From contig JBNJNM010000013.1 of assembly GCA_052426225.1 (NCBI GenBank), positions 868,001 to 932,000 of the forward strand: a stretch of 64,000 bases of DNA, given 5' to 3'. The DNA comes from Zancudomyces culisetae HAW-14-8 (taxonomy: Eukaryota > Fungi > Kickxellomycota). Shown one piece after another: positions 21,660 through 34,900 of this stretch. The notes under the pieces are model-generated. The model had not been told where the DNA came from. It made no database searches and saw only the letters and a program-made list of their open reading frames with translations. Positions within the stretch are counted from its first letter, which is position 1; each line of letters starts with the position of its first letter. The position numbers and the translations under genes were made by a program.

Positions 21660-23581
21660 CTACATAATAAAAACAGTATTAACATCCATAAGTCTTCCAG
21701 TACTGAGTTGTGGTACTTGGGTATACTTGGGAGCTAACCTCTTGCGGATATCATTGAGTAGTTGGAGGTAGGTCTGGCGTGGGCTGGCGTACAAACTGCT
21801 GGTAAGTGCGTATGACATGGCACCAGTAAATGTGAGGTCTTCTTTTGCATCAGCTGAAGTCTGGGTGTCTTTACAACCCGAAAACATAATAACATCACCC
21901 ATTGAGCCCTTGGTTTTCCTTGATTCCTCAAGCTTCTCCTCACCACTCACTGCGATCTTTACAGAAGCCATAAGACCCTTAACAGCACCTCCTACATCTC
22001 CTTGAAGGTATGCCATTCCTGCATCTCTGGCTGTCTTGGCTGCGATGTTCAGTGCGTTGTGGTTCTTTAGGTTTCCATTCGCACCATATGTAAATGGCAA
22101 ATCCAATGCAGTTCCCGAATGACAACAATCGAAAATGGCAGTCAATCTGGCACCCGGAGGCAACGGCTGAACCATAACCGCATTCATTACGTCATCAACA
22201 ATTTGTCCGTTCTTTTCAAAGTCTACTGGACATATTGTTTCATCATATCCATCTAGTTCATCACCATCCTCATCTTCAACCTATTATTTTTTTTTTCAAC
22301 AAGCAAGGAATTTAGATCAATATCAAAATGAATAAACAAAAAAAAAAGTCAAATTTTATCAGCCAAATTCTGGTAGAAATAGGTTTAGAAACTTACTCTT
22401 GACCCGTGGCCCGAATAGTGGAAGAAGAACGAATCGTTTGGTTTGGCATCGCTAACAAGCCATTTCATCGCTCTCAGAATATTGTCACGCGTAGGAATAC
22501 GTGATGGGTTCTGTTGGTCATCTGTAAGAACAACCATGTCTTTTTCCTGGAATCCAAAGTGTTCACTGATAAACTTGATCATTCTGTGCACATCGTTGAT
22601 GCATCCTCTCAGTTTGTATTTTGAGTTGAAATAGTTTATTCCAATAAGCAACGCTCTCTTTCTACCCATACAGTTTGAAAGCTGAACACTGTTGGCTTCC
22701 TGATAAATTGTCGGTGACATGCCCTCATATTGTGGAATGTTTCCTATCTGTGGTTTTTCATATGATGGGTATGGTTGGGGGTGGCTTACAGGTGCATCAT
22801 TGTGGAACGTTGGAAAGTTCATTCCTGCGAATTGGATTTGATTAATGTCTACAGATGGTATTGGAAGCATTTGTGGAGGCGCGACTCCGTAGCCCTGACC
22901 TGCATCTTGCTCATTATATCCTTGCTCATTATATCCTTGATTATTATATCCTTGATTATTATATCCTTGGTTGTTGTATCCTTGGTTGTTGTATCCTTGG
23001 TTGTTGTATCCTTGGTTATTGTATCCCTGGTTATTGTATCCCTGGTTATTCTGTCCTTGGTTGGCGGTTTCATGACCTCTATGCCCATGGTCACCATGCC
23101 CTTGACCCCCATACCCCTGATCTTGATACCCTTGATTTTGATATCCCTGATCTTGGTACCCTTGATTACCGTATCCTTGATTTTGATATCCTTGATTACC
23201 ATACCCTTGATCCTGATATCCTTGGCTTTGATATCCTTGATTACCGTACCCTTGATCCTGATATCCTTGGTTGCCGTATCCTTGGTCACCATATCCCTGA
23301 TTACCATACCCTTGATTTCCATATCCCTGATTGCCATATCCCTGATTACTGTAATCTTGACCTCCATACCCTTGTTGTTGTGGTTGTTGTGGTTGTTGTT
23401 CTTTTCTACGCCCAGGATATCCTTCATCGCTATACCCAACTGACCTTGAATTCATTTCATTACTATCTCCATCATGCCCTCCCCAACTTTGGTTGTATCC
23501 CTGATCATTGCCGTAGTTATTGTATCCTTGGTTACCATAGTTTCCATCATTCCCGTACCCTCCTCCACCTGGAAATGACAT
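21660..23581 (-). CDS. MCA1: Type I metacaspase; exons 23581..22397 and 22280..21660
   Basis: [19 protein letters not shown], catalytic FFHYSGHG and [35 protein letters not shown]. Phase-0 intron GTAAGT..ATAG. Confidence 0.96.
22905..23410 (-). repeat. Coding 15-bp (pentapeptide) tandem repeats GY[GQN][ND]Q in the metacaspase prodomain
   Basis: More than 25 units such as [20 protein letters not shown] in two blocks; 15-nt periodicity is visible in the DNA. Confidence 0.95.
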
Positions 23582-25512
23582 TCCCCTATTTATATTTAAA
23601 CAGTTTTTTATGTTAATATATATTTCATGTCGGAATGTAGTCTAACAACTACAAGTTCCCAAATATTTTAACTGTGTTGTTAAAAAATATACCTATTCTG
23701 TGCTTGGTCTTCTCCATCAAAGCTATTATAGTTTTGCTCAGACCCATCTTGGCAGTCCCGGCTACTCCCATATTCACTGTTTCGGTCTGGCTCCGGAAAT
23801 TGGTACATTTTACACACTCTGTTTTTTTACTTGTTTTAGCTCTAAATTTATCTTTGAATTTGTTTTTCAAATACTAAAAACGAAAAGGAAATATGAATTA
23901 AATAAAGCACTTGTTTCTTTAACGAAATGATAATTTCTGTGTTTTTAAATACTGATAATCGTGCTGAAGAATGCTTGGAGTACCCAACACAAATAAATAA
24001 TTACTAAACCGACATGCTTGCAAATAAATAAATCCAATTCTCTTCTTTTTTTTTCACTTTATTTTTGCCAACTTTTTTTAATAATTCATTTCCATAAATC
24101 GAAACCCACGAATTATAATGGCGGAAATCTACCAAGTGATTACCAAATCTTGGAATAATAAAGTCATGGAATAACAACTATTTTATCGTTGGTTTTTTTT
24201 TCCAGCCATTGTTAGTACTATTTTTTATTATTTTATTTTTATTTTTTGAACTTTGCACTAAGCGTTTCTGGATTTCCCAATTCAATTATCGCCATACAGG
24301 AACAAACTGATTTTAATTCCTTTTAGCCCTGCCATTTGTAAGAGCTGAGAATACCAGAGTTATTTTTGCTCCCTTACACACACAAAAAAAAAGCGGTTAG
24401 AAATTAGTCTTTGCTTTGCCAATTTTTATTTAGTAATCTTTGCCATTTTTATTCATTATAATTCCACATCATCCTAATCCTCATCCTCATCCTTTTCCAC
24501 ACTCAAAACACTAACCTTAATTGGGAGTAATTAATTGTACCCAAATTTGTAAAAATGTTCTGGTTAAAGCACGAGATACACATTATCGTTTTCTTTCTAC
24601 TAAAATAGTGAAAAACAAAAGAATATTCCCGCTATTATTGTAGATGAAATTTGTAAAAAGAAGGGATAGAAAGTCTTGGAAGGTCACAGCTACAATATAC
24701 AAGTACTACAAACATCACGTTTTTTTTTCGCTCGTTTTCTACATTATAAACCAAGCAAAGAAAAAAGCTTGTGGGTGCTTGTCATACATCCACATAGCTT
24801 AAAAATAGCAACCATTTCACTTGAAAGTAATATTTCTCCTTGTTCCATTGCTCCCATCCCCCCCACCCCTTCTCCAAAAAAAAAAAGGGTTTTGCATAAA
24901 AATTGAGCATATCCTATTGACTTTTCCTACTCATATTCATCTGGAAAGACTGCAAAAGTCCTACCAATGTGTGATACAAACATCATCTCAACTTTCGGAG
25001 ACTGCTTACAATACACACTATTGGTTGCAACTATGTTTACATACGCTTGGTATTATCCAGTTCTATGTGAACTCCTGCGGTAAAATCACAGTCTACTACC
25101 TTTTTGCAAACATAAAAACCATAATGTAGCATATTTTGGTGCTTCTAAACAATCCCACATAAATTCGTATTATAGTTTGGTGGTTATGGTTCCAAGCTGA
25201 CTCAATGATAAGGAATAACAAGCCAGTTGTAAAGTGACCTCATGTATTCAACTGTATATTCTAGCGTATAGATTAAATTCTATAGTTTACAGCATAACTT
25301 AGTTTCATCTAAGTGTGGTTATGTTAAAACATAGCACATTCAAAGTTCAAACCTGATAAAAATATATCCAAATGTAATTGTATTTATGTAACTGGTTTAT
25401 TTGTTGTCTCCGCAACTATTTTTCCGTATCTTTTTTTTTTTTACCAGCTTTTAAAAAAGCAACCAAGGAGTAAATAGAAAGTATAACTATAAAAACCGGG
25501 AAAAAAAAGAGA

Positions 25513-26938
25513 ATGGGAATGAGAGGCTCCACAATACAAACTCTGAGGTCTGTTTTTACACATAAAACACTGTTAAAACAGAGACATCCTGTAGCAATAA
25601 ACCAGCTTCGGAGAATTTCGATCGGCAAGAATGCACAGACCACCGCTGAAAAGGTAATTTAGTGTCATTTTTTCTTTTCATCTTTTTTGTTCTGTTACTA
25701 TATGCGTACGATACACTTATTGACAAGGTATATGGGATTTATAAAGAAATTTTCAAGTTTGAATAAGTTTTTGTGCTTTCTTTTTTTTTCTCGAAATGTT
25801 GTATTCCTAGGTTTTACAAACTAAACAAAAACTAACATTTATTGTTACTGTATTGTCGCACTTACAAAAAAAAAACATAATAGGAAAAGGAACACATCAG
25901 AATAGTCGAGGTGGGTCCGAGAGATGGGTTACAGAATGAAAAACAGAAAATATCTGTGGATTTGAAGGTGGATCTTGTCAACAGATTGGTAGGTAGCGGA
26001 CTTACAGTAGTTGAAGCGGCTTCGTTTGTATCTCCGAAATGGGTTCCACAGGTTAGTTGATGATTTAACATTTTTCTTATTTCCTCTACTAAAGTATAGT
26101 ACCCTGTTAGAAGCACTTGCAAACGTTGTTTTTCAAATTTTGATTATAGCGTTATATTGCCTACTTTTAGATGGAGGGTTCAGATCAAGTAATCAAAAAG
26201 TTGGGGAATAAACAAGGCGTAACATATACAGCGCTGGTTCCTAATGATAAAGGACTTGAAAAGGCAATTGAGTCTGGTGTCAAAGAAATAGCAATATTTG
26301 GGGCAGCATCAGAAAAGTTCAGTCAAAAAAACATCAACTGTTCGATTGACGAAAGCCTGAACCGATTCAGGACAGTTACAGAAAAGGCGATAAAAAATGG
26401 TATCAAAATCAGAGGATACGTATCATGTGTGTTGGGTTGTCCATACCAAGGAGAGGTTACTCCACAGGTAGTTGCTGATGTTTCGGCAAAGATGATGGAT
26501 CTAGGATGCTACGAGATATCTCTAGGTGATACAATTGGTGTGGGAACACCTGAACGAACTCAAAACCTGCTCAATGAGGTTTCAAAAAAGGTGCCGATGA
26601 GTCAGTTGGCGGTACATTTCCACGATACATATGGCCAAGCAATTGCGAATATATACGCATCGGTTAACATGGGCGTGAGAGTAGTGGATTCATCGGTAGC
26701 TGGACTGGGAGGTTGTCCATATGCCAAAGGCGCCAGTGGAAATGTAGCCACCGAGGATGTAGTGTATTTGTTGGAGGGTCTTGGGTTTTCCACAGGAATT
26801 GATCTAGACGAGCTGGTTAAAACAGGAGTGTGGATATCCAAGGAACTGGGAAGACCATATCTATCTAAAGCTGGCCAGGCAGTATTTGCAAAGCTGGGTC
26901 CACAGCCATTTTATTATACTAAATGGCCATCTATTTAA
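25513..26938 (+). CDS. HMGCL: Mitochondrial hydroxymethylglutaryl-CoA lyase; exons 25513-25653, 25884-26051, 26171-26938
   Basis: [52 protein letters not shown]. Exon 1 is presequence-like. Confidence 0.95.
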
Positions 26939-27047
26939 ATCAGCCATGATTTCGATGAAATTGGTGTTGTAAAGAACCAGAATACTGGTGTGCTAAATCT
27001 AAGTAAACAAAATATAATCATGTTAAAAAAAAAAAAGGAGTGGTGTT

Positions 27048-27099
27048 TGATTTAGTTTAGTTTAGTTTAGTTTTGTTTTGTTTAGTTTTGTTTGGTTTG
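27048..27099. repeat. (TTTAG/TTTTG)n pentamer microsatellite between convergent HMGCL and ERCC1
   Basis: Visible directly in the sequence. Confidence 0.85.
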
Positions 27100-27103
27100 A
27101 GAT

Positions 27104-28803
27104 TCAGGTAGTTTCTTTTTCATCCGAAAATAAAACAAACGATTCTGTCAATGCCTGCTTCAAGACTTTTGCCTAATATGTGTCGTTGTTGTAGTGATAT
27201 TAATTTCAGGTATATAACCAAGCACAGTTAAATTGGGATTGGGGATGCTATTCACAATACTTACCTTGTGTTCGCCAAACCCTGGTAGAAGAGCCAGATC
27301 CTTTTCGGATGCTTTACAGATATTACTTATTGACTATAAAAATTAAATACCAGTAAAATGGGGAAAATTATGGTTGCTGGTGTTATTTATTTCCTTTATC
27401 TACACAATTATTTATTTAAACAAGGGAAAAACATGCTTACTCTGTACTTTGAAATCAATGTTAGGACATCAGATTTGTTGATAGGTTTGATTGATGTTAA
27501 AAAGCTGGTTACTTGAGACATAAAATCAGGCTCAACTCTTTCCTTAATCAAATCTGGCGGTCTAAACTCTTGTGACTTGAGAGATTCCAAGTACCTTCCT
27601 GCCTCATCAAAGCTAACGAGTTTCAAGTACAGCGGATTCCATTAATTAATATAGATTGTAAAAATCAGTATAAAACATAAAGCAAAAGGAAAAAAGCAAA
27701 GTTAAATCAAACTGGGAGTAATAGATGAATTGACACGTCTATAAAATAAGCATATTGCCAACTATCGACTATCAGATATTAGTATATGAGCCTTACCTCC
27801 AGCACAGGACAATGGTAATTCTGTTATACATTGTTGCAAGTGTCAATTCATGGATGGTTGCCTCGTATTCTGTCTATTAATTATGAATGGCGATTGTGTA
27901 TATCAAACAAGGTTTTCAGTACATTATTAATTATGAATATCGTCCAACGAATATATGATGAAGGGAGGGTGGATGGGTGGATGGGTGGATGAGTGGATTA
28001 AAAAGACAATATAATTATAATATACACGAACTTACAGAATCCACTAGAATCAATAGTATCCGTAGATCATAGTTATCACCAAGCTTTTCAATTCTCGAGT
28101 GTATATATTCAGGGTATAGATGATGGTATTTCAAACTATTTTAGTATGGTTAGCATGAATCAGCAATGAACATTCAAATTCAAATTTGGTTGAAACAAAG
28201 AAAAATAAATTAAAAAATGAAAATGGGCGGAGAGGATGTATTTACCTTAAATATAGTACACATGAACTCCTCCCAATTACATAATCCGCCAAAGTCTCAT
28301 CAAACTCATAAGGAACATTTTGGATGTATTTAAGGACAGGGTTATCTCTCTATTGTTTTTGTTTTTAGAATATGGATGAGGTAGGTTAATTGTATCATGT
28401 AGTATCAACATTAACAGGAAAAGAAAACAAAATTTAAAAGAGAGAGGGAGTGGGAGAGAGTAAGAAAAATCATGAACAAGCTTGTCAAACAACAAACATT
28501 AATATATATTTATATTTATACGTATAATTATAATTTTATATGGCTTACTTGTACAGGGTTAACAATAATAGAACTTGTGGAATATGTTTTGGTAGGAGTC
28601 AAGTCAATCCCAATATTTTTTGAGATACCGGAAGGTGTACTTGTACTGGGGTTGCCTTTGCTACTCGAAGTATAACCAGCACTACTGTTTGCGGGTGTTT
28701 CAAGTTGAGGCTGGGGTTGAGGTTGAGGTTGAGGTTGAGGTTGAGGTTGAGGTTCAGAGTTTACTTTTTGTTGAGTGGTAGTGGGTTTGGCTTGCCCATG
28801 CAT
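27104..28803 (-). CDS. ERCC1: DNA excision repair protein ERCC1/Rad10; 7 exons (28803-28549, 28349-28246, 28135-28036, 27873-27797, 27612-27441, 27333-27265, 27172-27104)
   Basis: IIVNPVQRDNPVLKYIQNVPYEF, LYLSLKYHHLYPEYIHSRI, LCWSFDEAGRYLE, HhH motif LALLPGFGEHKAK. All introns are GT-AG. Start codon choice is uncertain. Confidence 0.92.
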
Positions 28804-29615
28804 TACATTTTCTATCGACTTGGAGACAATGTTTGCTATATTCAAATAATTGTTTGTTTGTTTTTTTTTTGGAAGAGGGTTATGAATCGAGTACAAATAT
28901 GTTTTCAATAGATGCATGTATTAAGGATACACCAAATTCAAGTTTGGTAAACACGTATTGTAATGAAAAAAGAAAAGAAAAGTACCATTGTTAGAATTTG
29001 CTTGTTCAACTTTTTCCAAGGAAGGAACTACAAACCGTTTTCTTGTATTATTCGAATCCATAGGTGGGGGTGGGGGGGGGGGGGTAGAGAGAGAGAGAGA
29101 AGGAGAAAAGAAAAAGATATGTTTGTGGAGAGAAAGGAAGGGATATTTTTAAATTCGAATTTTCTTGATAATACTAGTTATTAATAACAAGTGCTTTTAA
29201 AACGTCAACAATATAAGTGAAAGGTAATAAAGGCAGAGTAGAAAGGAGGTAGATGATGAAGTTGAAGTGAAGCGAGTAAAAAAAACTCAAAAAATAAACC
29301 ACGTGAATTTTATGATTGCTAGTTGAACATTTATTTTATTTATTTTTTCTGGTGGAGGTGGAAGGGTGGGCTTTTGTTCGCGAGGTTGTAGATCAATTAT
29401 GTGAAATCATTACCAAAAAATAAAAAATAACAATATAAAAAAATTTTTTTTTATTTCCAATTAATTACAGAGAAGAAAGTACACAAAAGAGTAGTAAAAA
29501 AAAAATAAAAAACAAAAATAATCGTAAATCAAGATATAGACGAAATTAATATTCAAGAGACTCAAAAAAAATAAAAAATAAAAAAGAACAATAATAATAA
29601 AAGCCAAAGTATTAG

Positions 29616-31880
29616 ATGAATAGAATCTGTAACCAAACAAATCGGATACTACTAGGCAGAACGCAAGGAATATTTTCGGCAAGATCAATAGTAAGCGGGT
29701 ATAACAGTATAGCAAAATTAAGAGTTTCAAGTAACCCAAATATGGATCCAGAACAAACACATTTACCAGAAAATGAAAACACCGAGGTATCAAGACGCCA
29801 GGTTAGTCAAACGGGCTCTGATCGTAAAAAACATTTTTTGAGCAATAAACGTGGAACTCATGAACAGGAAATGCGTGAGCGAAGAGACTATGTTAGTAGA
29901 ACTCGGGATAGTAAACGGGTACGCGTTGAAGGAGAGGAAGGGGAGGGAGAAGAAGGAGGAGAGAGGGGTGCTAGAAAACCAAAGAGATCAGTGGCACTTT
30001 TGATGGGATACTGTGGGTCGGGATACCAAGGGATGCAAGTGTAAGTTTTTTTTTGTTTTTTTTTGCTATTTTTTCTATTTTTTTTTAAAAAAAAAAAAAA
30101 GTTATATTAATAAGAAATGTGTGTAAATAATTAGAAATATAGGGGCAAAGACAATTGAGGGAGAGTTATTTTCTGCATTAATTAAGGCAGGAGCAGTATC
30201 ACAAGATAATGCTAATGACCAGAAAAAGGTACAGTTGCAACGAGCGGCAAGAACGGATAAGGGAGTACATGCAGCAGGACAAGTGGTATCGTTGAAGATG
30301 ATTGTGGAGGATGAGAGTATTATTGATAAGGTCAATTCGATATTACCAGAGCAAATACGGATATGGGGTAAAGTTTTTTTATTATTATTATTGTTATTAT
30401 TATTGTTATTGTTATTATTTTAGGAGTAATTAATGTAAATGGTAGATTGTTAAAACTAAATGTAATATAATATAATAATGTAGGAATGATTAGGACAATC
30501 AAGTCTTTTAATCCAAAGACACTGTGTGACTCTAGAATCTACGAATACTTGCTTCCAACATATGTGTTTATGGATCCAGAGGAAGAGATAGTAGAATTGA
30601 CAAAGAGTAAGACGATGGAAGAGCGACAGCAAATGTTGATGACGAAAAACGACGAAATAATAATGCTGGTAAATAACAATTCAATGCAGATGCCGGTAAA
30701 TACAGGGATAAAAGAACAAGAAAAAAAGAATGGAACCGGGACAGGAGCGAATTCAAGTGATAATGAGAGCACAAGTGGGAATGAAAATGAAAATGAAAAT
30801 GGTAGTGGTAGTGGTGGGAACAAGATAAAAGCTGATCGGGCTAGACAAAAACGAACATCATATCGTATAAGTGCAGAGAAGTTAGCGCTGATTCGCGAAA
30901 TGTTTGCAAAGTATGTAGGAACACACGATTTTTACAACTTTACAGTAAGCCGAGGAACAACAGGAAATAACTCGACAAGAGTGATCAAAAGCTTTACAGT
31001 ATCAGAACCAATGCTAATCAAAGAAAAACAAGAAGGTGAAGAGGGTGAATGGCTGAGTTTGAAGGTGCATGGACAATCGTTCATGTTGCACCAGATTCGT
31101 AAAATGGTAGGATTCATAATTCTATTAGCACGTAAAACTCACAGTATGAATGAAAATTCAATTGAAAGTTCAACTGATTCTTACAAGCTGAGTGTTATGG
31201 ATGGAATTTACAAGTTGAGAGCAAAAGAGAATATTGAAAACATTGAAAAAAACACGGTGGAAACACCAACTGAACAGCCCAACAATGGCAAGGATAATAG
31301 GAGATGGAAAGGAGGTAACAAGATGATTAGCTTTGGAGAAAGAGTCAATATTCCAAAGGCACCAGGATTTGCGTTATTGTTGGAACGTCCAGTCTTTGAG
31401 TCGTATAACAATCGAATTAATTCATTAAAGACTCAGGAAGAAAGCAAACTTCGTAACCAAAGGCTCAAAAAAGAAAAAAAAGAAAAAGAAAGGATTGAGA
31501 AGCAAAAAGAAAAGGAAGCTGAGGGAGCGGATGGAGCTGAGGGAGCGGAGGTAGAGGAGAAAGTGGAGGAGAAAGTAGAGGAAAAAGTAGAGGAGAAAGT
31601 AGAGGAGAAAGTAGAGGTAAAGGAAGAAAATAACGTGGAAAATGTGCAAGAAAAAACCGAACCAACACCCAGTACTAATACCAGTGGTAGTAGTGCTAGT
31701 GGTAGTGGTAGTGGGGAAAGAGAGGAATTGACATTTGATCCATATACAAAGGAGATCGAGGCATTCAAGAAACGATTTATATATGACGAGATTGTGAAAC
31801 AAGAAATAGAACGAGGACTATTTTATGACTGGGTGAATTATTGTGATTTATTCCCAGAACAATATTCTGAATATATATAA
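29616..31880 (+). CDS. PUS1: tRNA pseudouridine synthase 1 (TruA family); exons about 29616-30040, 30135-30367, 30484-31880
   Basis: [12 protein letters not shown], catalytic [51 protein letters not shown]. Confidence 0.95.
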
Positions 31881-31995
31881 TAATATTTATAATTTTTTTT
31901 TATTTGATTCAAAATATATAATAAAAATAATAAAATAAACTAAAATAAATGTATATATAAATTTCTTTTTCTTTTTCTTTTTCTTTTTCTTTTTT

Positions 31996-34900
31996 TTAGA
32001 GGTAAAGAGAAGCAGCAAATACAATATCACGTTTAATTTTGCTTATGGCCAAACCAAACTTGACTTCCAAATCATTATTTCCAATGACTTTGGCAGCATT
32101 GATCAATTGACGCAGTAGTTCCTCTAGTCTACGCAGAGCACGGATAATTGAACCTTCATAAATAGCAGTCATTTTACAGACTTGGGAAAATTTGGCACCA
32201 GTTGACCAGGCATAAGTGACATCAATCATTTCAGTACGGTAATGGTTTTCCTTTACAAAATCTGGTTTACTGATATCATTTGTAGCTGTATTTGTTGGAT
32301 TAGTAGAAGAGGAGGAGGAGGAAAGTTTATATTCAATACTTGTAGTATTAATTAGAATTGCATATTCATAAATTCGTTTTATATGAGATTCCAATTCATT
32401 AACAACTTTGGAAATTTGAGAACCATTTGTATTTCCATTTGCATTTCCACCACTTTTATTACCACCAGATGATTCATTAGAAGAGACTTTTTCTTGGAAT
32501 ACAAATCCAGAGAGTAAAGCAACCAACAAATCAACATTCAGATCATTAAAGACACCATGAAGAATCAATTCGGTAAGAAGCAATTCATCAGCACAAGTGA
32601 TTTCACAAGCTACTCGACCCTTCAACAAAATAACATCCATATCATTGATATAACCCAATTTTCTCAACAACTTTTTGCGGTTCTTGAGTTCATCCAGCTG
32701 CAAAATCGAAGTTGAACTATTGACCAGAGCATCTAAGTGTTTGAGTGATTGGATTAGTTGTTGTTTATGGTCGTAAAGATTCAAAAGCTTTGGTTCGTCA
32801 ATGGTATCGCTATTGTTGTATATTTCATGGGAAAATAACTTTTCTTCCAATAGTGCAATTTTAGTTAATAAATCCAAGAAACCTGGATCTTTTATATTCA
32901 TATTTTCTACAGGATCAAGAAGTGGTAATCCACCAGTAGTTTTATCTGTTGTTGTTGTTAGTGTTGTTAGTGATGTTGATGATGATGATGATGAAATACT
33001 TTTTTCTCCAAATCTTTTTAATGCTTCAGCTAGTTTATTTTTCATTTCTGCACGTTCGGATTTATGAATCAAACTCTTTGGTAAAAACATTCTTACAGAA
33101 CTAAGACTTTGAATAGCTTTCAACATTACTGGAACCACTATAGCCTCACCGATAGATTTACTATCATCCTTATTACTATCCTTTTTGTTGTTGTTGTTGT
33201 TGTTGTTGTTAATATCGGTTAATAAATCACAAGGTGTAATCATTTCACGAATTCGATTATTATCAATTCCACCACTGCTATTATTGTTATTGTTAGGGTT
33301 ACTGTGACTAAATCGATGTTTATTTCGATTACGAGAATCCAATTTGTTACTAGTTGGATCTGTCAAAGTTCCATTAACAATGGTAGTATCAGGAGTTGAT
33401 TTTTTACAATAAAGCAATACATCAACAATGATATTTTCAGGTTCAAGAATTTCATCACTAGAAGATTTTACAGCAGAAGAAGAAGAGTTGTTGTCATTTC
33501 CTACTTTTTGTTGTTTTTTGATTTTTTGATATCCCACAATAATTCCCCATCCATAATCTATTTTTCTCTTTGTAATAGTACTATTTACATTTAAATTTAA
33601 ATTTACACCCAAATCACCATTACCATTACCATTACCATTATCATTTTCATTGTCATTACCAGCTACACCTACACCCACATCCACTTCATCAATTTCTAAT
33701 TCTACTTTTGCTAATCTTCCAGGTTGTAAATATGGTAGACAATTGGTAGGATGCATAACAATATCACGAACATTTGATTTTAATTCTTCCAATTTCTTTC
33801 TCAATTCATAATACTTTTTAATTTCCAATTCACCAACACTACTATTACCACCTCCCATAGTAAAATCAAAGTTGGAATCAAGTATCAAGGTTTCCAAATC
33901 CTTTTCAACATTGGAAATTTGTGATTTGGTAGCTTGGATCCTATCTTCCAACTGCGGTAATCTTTCCAAGGCTTGGTACTGGAAAAACGATCGTTCCAAC
34001 ATAAATTCAGGTGTAAAAGTTTCAACTCTCATCAAGTTCAAAATCATATTGTACGACAAGTGGAATGCTGAATTCAAAATATCCGTGTTTCCTTTTACCA
34101 TTCCCATAGCCACAGTTGGCTCCATCTTTTCATCTACCATTAGCACTACAATTCCTCGATCATCGATTCCTCGACGTCCTGCGCGACCCGACATTTGAAT
34201 ATATTCTCCTCCCGATACCCACCGGAACTGCTTGCCATCGTATTTACGCACCGATGTAAACACTACTGTTCTAGCCGGCATATTCAACCCTATTGAAAAC
34301 GTTTCGGTCGCAAATAGACACTTCAACAATCCTTCCTGGAACAATATTTCTATCACTTCTTTAAGAATCGGCAATAGTCCTCCATGATGAATCCCGATTC
34401 CCCGTTTTAGCAATGGTAAAATATTCTCGATTTGTGGTAAATTCCGGTCTTCTGGTGTCAAACTGCTAATAGCATTGTTGAATACCTGCTCAATCAATTC
34501 TCTTTCCTTGGTATCATTAAAGTCCAATTTACTAATCTCCATTGCCAATAGTTCACACTCTCGCTTACTAAAACAAAATACTATCACTGGATGGTATTCA
34601 CGCGACATTATCATTTTCACGATTTTGTAAATATCCTGATTAGATCCTGGTCCCTTTCTACCTCCCCTACCTCCTCCTCCTCCTCCACCGCCTCGGTTTC
34701 CTTGTATCACACTATTATTTGCTTGACTACTACTGGCATTCCCATCTGCTAATGATCCAATAGCCCTTTTGAAATTTTCTTCACGAAACACACCCTTTTC
34801 ATCAACTACTAAATGAATTCCATCTCCTCCAGCAGGGAACAAATAGTGCTGTAATGGTGTAGGTCGGAAATCCGTATATACAACATGACATGGTTGTTTA

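Noticed and set aside
22905-23410. CRISPR-like periodic array
   Set aside because: Coding tandem repeat without unique spacers in a eukaryotic gene; no cas genes.
22775-23616. Long alternative-frame and antisense ORFs over the metacaspase N-terminus
   Set aside because: By-product of the 15-nt repeat lacking stops in other frames.
27257-27268. U1 snRNA 5' end (ATACTTACCT)
   Set aside because: It is the reverse complement of an ERCC1 splice donor.
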